Of a DNA stretch of 32,000 nucleotides, positions 24,974 to 32,000 are shown in pieces (position 1 is the stretch's first letter; every line of letters starts with the position of its first letter). The stretch is taken from contig NC_015067.1 in the NCBI RefSeq assembly GCF_000196555.1, positions 360,001 through 392,000 of the forward strand. The letters are read 5' to 3'. Position numbers and translations under genes: made by a program. The notes beneath the pieces are model-generated. The model was not told the DNA's origin, ran no database searches, and was given only the letters and a program-made list of their open reading frames with translations. This stretch comes from Bifidobacterium longum subsp. longum JCM 1217 (lineage in GTDB: Bacteria > Actinomycetota > Actinomycetes > Actinomycetales > Bifidobacteriaceae).

Positions 24974-27232
24974 ATGCGGATACGATTCATTCGCGCCGGA
25001 ATCATCAGCATTGTTGCCACGGTGGTGTTGGCAGTTATCACCTTGGCGATAATCGGGACTTCCGCGTTCGGCGATTCGGCCGACCTCAGCTACCGCACGC
25101 TGGACTATGACGTGACCGCCACCGCGAACGGTGATTTGAAGGTCACGCAGCATATCGACGTCAAGATGCGTGAGCGTACCGACAGTGACGACAACACCAA
25201 GCCGTGGAAGCAGCTGTTCCAGCAATACACGCTGAACTCCGGCACCCTGACTGATATCAGCGATATCAGCGTGCGCAACGTCACAGACGGCATCGACTAT
25301 GCCCAACAGAGCGAGCCCAAGCTGCCCAGTGACGTCTTTTCCGACAAGGAATGGAACAGTGACTACGCCAACCATTGGTATATCGCCGATGTGAGCGATG
25401 GCAGCGACCATCCAAAGGCATACACGCCCGGTACCGATGGCCTCAAGCCCAGCGCCTCCGCCACCGAAGATAACACGACCGTGGAGATCGGCTGGAATAT
25501 TCCGGTCACCACCGAGGCCGACAGTATGAAGTTCGACGTGAGCTTCACCATGCACGATGTGGCCACCAAATGGAAAGACGTGGCCTCCTTCCAATGGGAG
25601 CCGTTCGGCAAGAAGAACCAAGTGCCTATCGGCACGGTCACCGGCACCGTCCACTTCCCCAACGGCATCACCGGCAAAACCTCATGGGCATGGCTGCACA
25701 CCGAGCGCACTTCGGAAACCAAGCGCAACAGCGACGGCAGCTACACGTTCACGGCCTACAACATCCACAATGGCGACTACCTCGATGTGGTCGCGGCGTT
25801 CGATGCCGCCAAAGCCAAGGGCATCGCCCGCAAGGGAACCGGCAATCATCTCAAGGACCTGAAACAGGACGAATATAAGCAACAGCAGCGCTGGCTCGAC
25901 AAGCAACGATTCGCTGCCAGAGCTCGTCTCGTGTTCTGGATTGTCAGCATCGTGCTCGGCATCGCGTTGTGCGCGTGGGGTATCTGGGCTGTGATCTCCA
26001 GCAACCGGCGTGCGCAATACCGTGGCAGCGTCGAATACTGGCGCGACCAGCCCGGCATCAGTCCGGCTTCCGCAGCCCGTCTGATTCGCGTGGTCGATCC
26101 GTCGACGCGCCAATCCGATGAAGACCGCCAGCTGACCGCCACCATGCTGTCGCTCGCCGTCAAGAAGGCCATTGCCGTCTATCCGGGGCCGTCGGACATG
26201 TATCGCGGCATCGACATGAGCCAGGCCACGCCGGTGGGCTTGAGCCAAATGATTGCCGCCGACCAAGGCAAGCAGTATGCGGCAGGCATCACCAGCACCA
26301 TCGTGATTCTGCCGCTCGCCATTGATGAGGCACCCAACGCGCAACAGTTGGGATTGAGCGAATCGGAAGATGCGCTGCTGAACCTGCTCATCGTCATTTC
26401 GCAGCGCGTGGGCAGCCCGGTATTCGACCTGAACCAGATGAAGGCGACCTGCCAGAACTGGCAAGACGGCTATATTGAGCTCGGCAAATTCACCGGTGCA
26501 TGCAGCATGGAATACCAGCGGCTGGGTGCCACGCGCTCTGTGGGCTGGCAATGGATTCTCCCCGGCGTACTGGCCGTCGTGCTGGGATTTGGTTCGCTGC
26601 TGGCCAACAGCTTTATCGGATACCCGGTGGCTGGTCTTATCGAGCTGCCGATATTCCTGGTCGGCCTGTTCTGCTCGATGGCCGGCGCGGTGACCGTGCT
26701 CACCGACCAAGGCCAGGATATCGCCGGCCGGACTCTGGGCCTTAAGCGTTATATGGAAGACTTCTCCAACTTCACCGACCGTGGTACCGCCGATTTGGCC
26801 TTGTGGGATTGGTATATGGTCTACGCCGCCGCGTTTGGCATTTCCGATCGCGTGATGCGTGAGCTGGCCAAGGCCTATCCTCAGGTCAACGATCCGGCTT
26901 GGCTGGATGCCAACGCCTCCAACTCGTTGTTCTACTGGAACTACCGCCCGTATGGCTGGTACAGCCACCGCCACAATGACGATGCTGCCGGGCAGATGGA
27001 CCCGGGCATTAGCGGCCCAGCTCCGGCTTACGGAGGCACGTCGTTTGCCGGCGGATTCTCCGACCTCGGCTCGCAGCTGAACTCCGGACTCGCTGACATC
27101 AGCTCGACCATCAGCGCGGCAGCACCATCCGCTGATTCCGGTGGCGATTTCTCCAGCTTCGGCTCGGGCGGCGGCTCCGGTTTCGGTGGCTCGTTCGATG
27201 GCTCGGGTGGCGGCTCGTTCGGCGGGCGGTAA
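24974..27232 (+). CDS. DUF2207-family membrane protein (752 aa)
   Basis: N-terminal TM/signal, an extracytoplasmic domain of about 300 aa, several TM helices, and a Gly/Ser-rich tail GGGSGFGGSFDGSGGGSFGGR. Pairing directly after lemA is the usual DUF2207 context. Confidence 0.8.
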   Translation: MRIRFIRAGIISIVATVVLAVITLAIIGTSAFGDSADLSYRTLDYDVTATANGDLKVTQHIDVKMRERTDSDDNTKPWKQLFQQYTLNSGTLTDISDISVRNVTDGIDYAQQSEPKLPSDVFSDKEWNSDYANHWYIADVSDGSDHPKAYTPGTDGLKPSASATEDNTTVEIGWNIPVTTEADSMKFDVSFTMHDVATKWKDVASFQWEPFGKKNQVPIGTVTGTVHFPNGITGKTSWAWLHTERTSETKRNSDGSYTFTAYNIHNGDYLDVVAAFDAAKAKGIARKGTGNHLKDLKQDEYKQQQRWLDKQRFAARARLVFWIVSIVLGIALCAWGIWAVISSNRRAQYRGSVEYWRDQPGISPASAARLIRVVDPSTRQSDEDRQLTATMLSLAVKKAIAVYPGPSDMYRGIDMSQATPVGLSQMIAADQGKQYAAGITSTIVILPLAIDEAPNAQQLGLSESEDALLNLLIVISQRVGSPVFDLNQMKATCQNWQDGYIELGKFTGACSMEYQRLGATRSVGWQWILPGVLAVVLGFGSLLANSFIGYPVAGLIELPIFLVGLFCSMAGAVTVLTDQGQDIAGRTLGLKRYMEDFSNFTDRGTADLALWDWYMVYAAAFGISDRVMRELAKAYPQVNDPAWLDANASNSLFYWNYRPYGWYSHRHNDDAAGQMDPGISGPAPAYGGTSFAGGFSDLGSQLNSGLADISSTISAAAPSADSGGDFSSFGSGGGSGFGGSFDGSGGGSFGGR

Positions 27233-27297
27233 ATCCAGCGTTCTGCTTACGCTGGAATCGGACACAGACCGTCTCATTACTGTTGAAGGGAATCACC

Positions 27298-28161
27298 ATG
27301 GCATTGTTCCGTAACCTCGGACCGTTCTCCACCACCGCCATCGGCCACGGCGAAATGCCGCTGACCATCGAAAACAATCGTGGCCACGAGGTCGGCATCG
27401 AAACCCTGCATGCCTCGCTGGACGCCGGCTGCCGTCACATCGACACCGCTTGGGCCTACTACTGCTCCGGCGGCGAAGAACAGACCGGTGAAAAGCTGGT
27501 GCGCGAGGCCCTTGAGACCTGGAAGGGGCCGAAGGACGAGGTGCTGGTGGCCACCAAGGTGGGCCACTTCCGCAACTTCACCGACGGCCGCCCCACGTGG
27601 GATGTGGACGGTCGCCCGGAGAACCTGATTCGGCGCGGCAAGGAGAGCGCACTGGCGCTCGGCGTGGACACCATTGACCTGCTGTACTTCCACCGCCCTG
27701 ATCCGAAGGTGCCGTACAACGAGTCCGTCGAAGCCATCAAGCAGCTGGTGGACGAGGGCGTGGCGCAGGAGGCCGGTATCTCCAACGCCTCCATCGAGCA
27801 AATCGACATTGCGCGCGGTATTCTGGGCGACAAGCTCGTGGCCGTGCAAAACCAGTACTCGCCGATTCACCTGGAGACCCAGGACACGCTCGACTACTGC
27901 GCCAAGGTTGGCTTGGCCTTCGTGTGCTGGAGTCCGCTCGGCGGCTACCGTCACCCCTATGATGAGACCAAGTTCGACCCGTTCCGCGAGGTCGCGGCGG
28001 CCCACGGCGTGAGCTACCAGCAGGTCGTGCTGGCATGGGAGCTCGCCAAGGGCGACCACATGTTCGTGATTCCCGGCGCGCACCGTCCCGAAACCATCCT
28101 CGACTCCCTGAAGGCCGACCAGCTCGAACTCACCCCCGAAGAACTCGCCAAGCTCGGCTGA
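27298..28161 (+). CDS. Aldo/keto reductase family oxidoreductase
   Basis: IDTAWAYY (catalytic Tyr context), LVATKVGH (Lys), IDLLYFHRPD. ATG 27298 follows GAAGGG. The track start 27283 is TTG. Confidence 0.88.
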   Translation: MALFRNLGPFSTTAIGHGEMPLTIENNRGHEVGIETLHASLDAGCRHIDTAWAYYCSGGEEQTGEKLVREALETWKGPKDEVLVATKVGHFRNFTDGRPTWDVDGRPENLIRRGKESALALGVDTIDLLYFHRPDPKVPYNESVEAIKQLVDEGVAQEAGISNASIEQIDIARGILGDKLVAVQNQYSPIHLETQDTLDYCAKVGLAFVCWSPLGGYRHPYDETKFDPFREVAAAHGVSYQQVVLAWELAKGDHMFVIPGAHRPETILDSLKADQLELTPEELAKLG

Positions 28162-28170
28162 ACTTTCTCA

Positions 28171-28218
28171 GCTCCCCTTGTCAGGGGAGCTGTCTTGCGT
28201 AGCGAGACTGAGGGGTAG
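28171..28218 (-). repeat. GC-rich intergenic hairpin element, copy 2 (inverted relative to copy 1)
   Basis: gctccccttgtcaggggag (28171..28189) and ctgaggggtag (28208..28218) are exact reverse complements of the 19-mer and 11-mer at 16414..16432 and 16384..16394. The spacer is 18 nt vs 19 nt. Confidence 0.75.
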
Positions 28219-28258
28219 TCGCCGGAGTAGTCCCGGGTAGTTCCACAAGGAGATAATT

Positions 28259-29311
28259 GTGCGCAAAAAACTCATCCTCGACCTCGATACCGGCATCGAT
28301 GACGCGCTCGCCATCGCATATGCCCTAGGCAGTGCCGACGAGATCGATTTGATCGGTATCACGGCCACCTACGGCAATGTCGCGGTGCCGCTGGCCGCGC
28401 GCAACGCGCTGGCGGTACTGCACTTGTTCGGCCGTGACGACGTTCCGGTCTATCCCGGAGTCGACCATCCCATCGCCCCGGCAACATTGCCGAAAATGCG
28501 TGGCACCACACCAGACGAGCGGGCCCAGGCCTACGCGCGCTGGCAGAACGGCGGTGCGGACGGCTGGCAAACGGACGCTTCGTGGTCACCAACTCCCGGC
28601 TCGGTGGCGGTCCACCATCCCAACGGCATCGGCGGCGCAATCATCCCCGACTCCCCGCGCGCTCCGGAAGCACCAGGCTCGGCGGTCGATTTCATCATCA
28701 CCGCCGCGCGCGAATACGGCCCGGACCTGACCATCGTGCCTACGGGCGCGATGACCACCATGGCCACCGTATTCCGCAACGCTCCGGACCTGAAGGATTC
28801 CGGTGTGAACGTGACGTTGATGGGCGGTGCCCTTACATTGCCCGGCAATGTAAGCCCGGCCGCCGAAGCGAACATCTCCCAAGACCCAGAGGCAGCAGAC
28901 TATCTGTTCAAGTGTGGCGCACTCACCACCATGATCGGCCTCGACGTGACCCACCAGACCGCGCTCACTCGTGAGAAAGCCCATGAATGGGCGTCTCTGG
29001 GGACGCCAGCCGGCGACTTCCTCGTCACCATGACCGACTACTACATCGACTTCTACCTGAAGAACCAGCCGGAGATTCGCGGATGTGGACTGCACGACCC
29101 GCTGGCCGTGGCCGCCGCGCTCGACCCATCGCTGGTCACGACCTTCGGGTTCAACTTGCAAGTCGATCTCGAGGGCCCGTTCCGAGGCCGTACCATCGGC
29201 GATCGTTCACGGCTTCAGGACCCCGACAAACACACGCAGGTCGCCTTGGGCGTCGATGTGCCGGAATTCCTGGATCGTTTCATGGGGCGCGTCACCGCGG
29301 CGGCCCGGTGA
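28259..29311 (+). CDS. Nucleoside hydrolase (inosine/uridine-preferring family)
   Basis: N-terminal LILDLDTGIDDALAIAYAL (DxDxxxDD Ca-binding motif). GTG start after AAGGAG. Confidence 0.9.
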   Translation: MRKKLILDLDTGIDDALAIAYALGSADEIDLIGITATYGNVAVPLAARNALAVLHLFGRDDVPVYPGVDHPIAPATLPKMRGTTPDERAQAYARWQNGGADGWQTDASWSPTPGSVAVHHPNGIGGAIIPDSPRAPEAPGSAVDFIITAAREYGPDLTIVPTGAMTTMATVFRNAPDLKDSGVNVTLMGGALTLPGNVSPAAEANISQDPEAADYLFKCGALTTMIGLDVTHQTALTREKAHEWASLGTPAGDFLVTMTDYYIDFYLKNQPEIRGCGLHDPLAVAAALDPSLVTTFGFNLQVDLEGPFRGRTIGDRSRLQDPDKHTQVALGVDVPEFLDRFMGRVTAAAR

Positions 29312-29396
29312 CGCGGACGGCGGCCGTCCGGTCCGCTCCACGCCGTGGATGGATATGACCCATGGCGTGGAGCGCCCTTTTGGGAACCGACAGAAC

Positions 29397-29430
29397 ATAG
29401 GGGGGCGCTGCATGCGCAGCGCCCCCCTAT
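29397..29430. terminator. Perfect 15-bp GC-rich hairpin between convergent genes (3 nt beyond the rimM stop)
   Basis: ataggggggcgctgc, loop atgc, gcagcgcccccctat. No T-tract on either strand. Two further hairpins lie upstream at 29313..29329 and 29335..29373. Confidence 0.55.
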
Positions 29431-29433
29431 GTG

Positions 29434-30057
29434 TCAGATCATGCCGCAGCCCGGAATCAGGCCGCCGGGCGGATCGAGCGTGAGATATTGCTCCTCCAGA
29501 TCGATGTCGGGGACCAAGGCCTCCACGAACGGGACCAACGCGGTCTTTTCGACCACATCCTCGCCCTTGGAATTCTGGCCGGTTACCACCGGCTCGGTCA
29601 AACGAATCTTGAGCAGGGATTGGGCGGGGGAGTCGATCACATCCACCACTTTGCCGACCACTTGGCCGGCGGGCAGTCCCAGACCGTTGCCCTCGACTAG
29701 ACGGGCCTCAAGGCCAATAAGATCCTTGGGATACCATTCGTCGGCCTCGAGCATGTCCTCCGCATCGTCGACCTCGCCGTAGAGTTCGACACCGTTTAGG
29801 GCCTCGGCGGCATTGCGGTCGTCGACGCCCTCAAGCTTGAGAATCCAACGATCCTTGAACGTGCGCGAGCCCTCGACGATGTACTCGGTCTCGCCATCCT
29901 GGCTGTAGAGCACGGAGTCCGGCTCGAAGCGCCACTCGGGATCATCGGTGTACAGGCGCACGGTGACTTCGCCCTTCAGGCCCTGTGCGCGGCCAATACG
30001 AGCGACCCTCAGCAACTCGAGCTGCTGAGGGTCGTCGTGCATGTCTTGCTGTGCCAT
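29434..30057 (-). CDS. rimM: 16S rRNA processing protein RimM
   Basis: LLRVARIGRAQGLKGEVTVRLYTDDPE and a C-terminal PRC-barrel-like region. Confidence 0.92.
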   Translation of the reverse strand: MAQQDMHDDPQQLELLRVARIGRAQGLKGEVTVRLYTDDPEWRFEPDSVLYSQDGETEYIVEGSRTFKDRWILKLEGVDDRNAAEALNGVELYGEVDDAEDMLEADEWYPKDLIGLEARLVEGNGLGLPAGQVVGKVVDVIDSPAQSLLKIRLTEPVVTGQNSKGEDVVEKTALVPFVEALVPDIDLEEQYLTLDPPGGLIPGCGMI

Positions 30058-30079
30058 GCTGTGAATCGTTCCTTATCAG

Positions 30080-30313
30080 TTATCGACGGACGTCCATGAT
30101 GTCAACGCGGACCTTGTGGTCAGACAGTGCCTGAATCACGGTGCGAATCGCGTTGGCGGTGCGGCCGCCACGGCCGATCACACGGCCGATGTCTTCCGGG
30201 TTCACGCGTACGCGAAGCAGTTCGCCGCGCGCGTTCTCATGAGACTTGACGGAAACATCGTCGGGAAAATCAACGATGTTCTTGATGAGGTGTTCCACAG
30301 CTTGTGCAAGCAT
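30080..30313 (-). CDS. KH-domain RNA-binding protein (YlqC/UPF0109 type)
   Basis: 77 aa, IGRVIGRGGRTANAIRTV (GxxG loop). It sits in the conserved position between rpsP and rimM. Confidence 0.9.
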   Translation of the reverse strand: MLAQAVEHLIKNIVDFPDDVSVKSHENARGELLRVRVNPEDIGRVIGRGGRTANAIRTVIQALSDHKVRVDIMDVRR

Positions 30314-30333
30314 AGCTAGCCTTTCGTTTCCGC

Positions 30334-30795
30334 TCAGGCCTCAGCCGGAGCTTCTTCGGCGGCCTCTTCAGCCGGGGCTTCCTCAGCGGCGGCAGCGGCT
30401 TCGGCTTCAGCCTTGGCCTTGGCAGCAGCTTCGGACTTGGCGGCCTTCAGCTTCTGAGCCTGGTCCTCAACGGCCGCGATGCGGGCCTCGGCGTCCGGGC
30501 CAGCCTCAACGGTCTTCAGGGTGCCTTCGGCACCTTCAAGGCCCTTGTACTTCTGCCAGTCGCCGGTGATGTTCAGCAGCTTGAAGACGGGCTCGGACGG
30601 CTGAGCGCCGACGCCGAGCCAGTACTGAGCGCGATCAGACTTGATCTGGATGGTCGAGGGCTGGGTGTTGGGGTTGTAGGTACCGATCTCCTCGATGACC
30701 TTGCCGTCACGCTTCTTGCGGGAATCGACGACCACCACACGGTAGAAGGCGTAGAACTTCTTGCCCTGTCGCTTCAGACGAATCTTGGTTGCCAA
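30334..30795 (-). CDS. rpsP: 30S ribosomal protein S16 with an Ala/Glu-rich C-terminal extension
   Basis: [42 protein letters not shown].... Confidence 0.96.
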   Translation of the reverse strand: MATKIRLKRQGKKFYAFYRVVVVDSRKKRDGKVIEEIGTYNPNTQPSTIQIKSDRAQYWLGVGAQPSEPVFKLLNITGDWQKYKGLEGAEGTLKTVEAGPDAEARIAAVEDQAQKLKAAKSEAAAKAKAEAEAAAAAEEAPAEEAAEEAPAEA

Positions 30796-30923
30796 AATGG
30801 CTCTCCTTGTAATGCTAGGTGTGCGGGTTCTCGGTTTGCCATGTGGGGCATGGCCGTCCGGAATCCACGTGTCCTCGCGGCTCGGGGTGTAGAGGGCGCC
30901 ACGCGCGCGCGAATAACTGGCCT

Positions 30924-30929
30924 ATTATA
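30924..30929 (-). promoter_or_regulatory. Candidate -10 hexamer (TATAAT on the minus strand) for the rpsP operon
   Basis: attata at 30924..30929 reads TATAAT on the minus strand, about 129 nt upstream of the rpsP ATG. No good -35. Confidence 0.3.
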
Positions 30930-31027
30930 GCGCACAGGGCCGGACTGGGCGTGGCGCACTGTGGTTGTGGTGTGGTGCGCGTTCCCCGTTGCGCAACATT
31001 CCGGGGAATGTATCGCGAAAATGCCGG

Positions 31028-32000
31028 CTATCGCAGTGCAAGCGTTGCGGTCAGGGCCAGATGATCAGTGCCCTCGACCTCAAACGACTTCACGCCGGAC
31101 GGTTTGAGCCCGGGAGTGAACAGCACGTGATCCAGCTCGATGCGCGGCCACTTGAGCCAGCTCGGGAAGGTGAGATTCGGGCCGGCGGCTTGAATCAGAC
31201 TTGCGTCCTTGAATCCGGACTTGAGCAACGCGCGGAAGCTCGGATGGTCGGTGCTCGAGTTGAGATCGCCCATAACGACGACGATATTGCGATTGCTGAC
31301 GGATTTTGCACGGGCGAGTTCTCGCAGACCCAGAATGCCGGCCGACCAATCCGCGCAGCCGCGCATCGGCGATTTCGGGTGAGCCGAACAAAGCGTCACC
31401 GTGCGATTACCGGAGGTTTTGAGGGTGATGGCGGGAACGTCGGCGGCGGGGATGGAGACCACGTTGGGCACCGCTGCGCTCGGCTCGTAGCGGGAATAGA
31501 TCACGTTGAATCCGCCATTATCGGTCTCTTTGGCGTCTCCGAACTGATGGTAGGGGAGAAGTTCGTTGATGTCGGCTTCGGTAAGACGTGTGATGAGGTC
31601 GTCGGTGACTTCCTGCAAGGCCAATACGCTGATATTGCGTTCGCGAATATTGCGAATGATTTCAGCGGCGTCGGCGCGTCCGTATCGACAATTCATCGTC
31701 ATAACCGAGAACTGGGGCGAGAGTGTTTCACGCGTTGTTTCACAGTGTCCATCGGAGATGGTTTCGGGCCCTTCCTTCGGAGTGTTTGAGGTACCCGATG
31801 TATTGCTGTTATGGCTTTTTGACAGCGTCGGCGAAGTTGTTTCACGGGCTGTTTCACGGTGGGATTCTTTGCGTTTCCCGGCCGGGTCGATTGACGTACC
31901 CCAGTAGTTGATGCGCTGTGAGCTGGCAATCAGCGCGACCACAATAAGCAACGACATCGCAGTCCATTCATGTTGCCATGCGGCGACCGCGGCCAGAATC
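31028..32000 (-). CDS. Endonuclease/exonuclease/phosphatase (EEP) family protein with an N-terminal membrane region (5' end probably beyond the right edge)
   Basis: VLALQEV, VVVMGDLNS, IELDHVLF. The frame stays open upstream of the track ATG 31957 to the window edge (...ILAAVAAWQHEWTAMSLLIVVALIA), which looks like additional TM sequence. Confidence 0.8.
   Translation of the reverse strand, partial: ILAAVAAWQHEWTAMSLLIVVALIASSQRINYWGTSIDPAGKRKESHRETARETTSPTLSKSHNSNTSGTSNTPKEGPETISDGHCETTRETLSPQFSVMTMNCRYGRADAAEIIRNIRERNISVLALQEVTDDLITRLTEADINELLPYHQFGDAKETDNGGFNVIYSRYEPSAAVPNVVSIPAADVPAITLKTSGNRTVTLCSAHPKSPMRGCADWSAGILGLRELARAKSVSNRNIVVVMGDLNSSTDHPSFRALLKSGFKDASLIQAAGPNLTFPSWLKWPRIELDHVLFTPGLKPSGVKSFEVEGTDHLALTATLALR

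Noticed and set aside
1-32000. Scan for tRNA/rRNA genes, CRISPR arrays, IS elements, integrases, prophage genes or defence-system genes
   Set aside because: I found no T-loop/acceptor-type sequences and no regularly spaced 25-40-bp repeats. There are no transposase-, integrase- or recombinase-like ORFs. The only nuclease-fold protein (EEP family) is membrane-anchored and solitary. The window looks like core chromosome.

Overview
High-GC (about 60%) actinobacterial chromosome. Gene content and protein style look like Bifidobacterium, but that is inferred from memory and not verified. The window is mostly core housekeeping DNA. I see no rRNA, tRNA, CRISPR array, transposase, integrase or phage gene. 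Gene order, left to right: a partial PfkB-like sugar kinase (-), rpmB, recG, rsmD, trmD (-, isolated), a U32-family protein, PgeF/YfiH, an IspD-family cytidylyltransferase, pyroglutamyl peptidase, a long DivIVA-domain coiled-coil protein, aminopeptidase C, two tandem DAHP synthase paralogues, MTA/SAH nucleosidase, a SenX3/RegX3-type two-component system directly followed by pstSCAB, a LemA-DUF2207 membrane pair, an aldo/keto reductase, a nucleoside hydrolase, then on the minus strand rimM, a KH-domain protein, rpsP and a partial membrane-anchored EEP-family protein. The many long ORFs antisense to these genes are typical high-GC shadow ORFs. The parts the gene list does not explain are non-coding. 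(1) A ~121-bp array of about 11 degenerate 11-bp direct repeats, with GAAC heads phased at multiples of 11 bp, lies in the divergent spacer upstream of rpmB. (2) Weaker 11-nt-phased GTTC/GAAC repeats lie upstream of pstS and the sensor kinase. (3) A 110-bp imperfect palindrome with a perfect 20-bp core stem lies between pepC and the first DAHP synthase. (4) A ~49-nt GC-rich hairpin element is present in two inverted copies in different intergenic regions. (5) There are several perfect in-frame tandem duplications, an unusually long kinase-regulator spacer, and a coding-like transmembrane ORF in frame just past the nucleosidase stop codon. I found no convincing multi-gene novel system. The LemA-DUF2207 pair is the least characterised protein module present.
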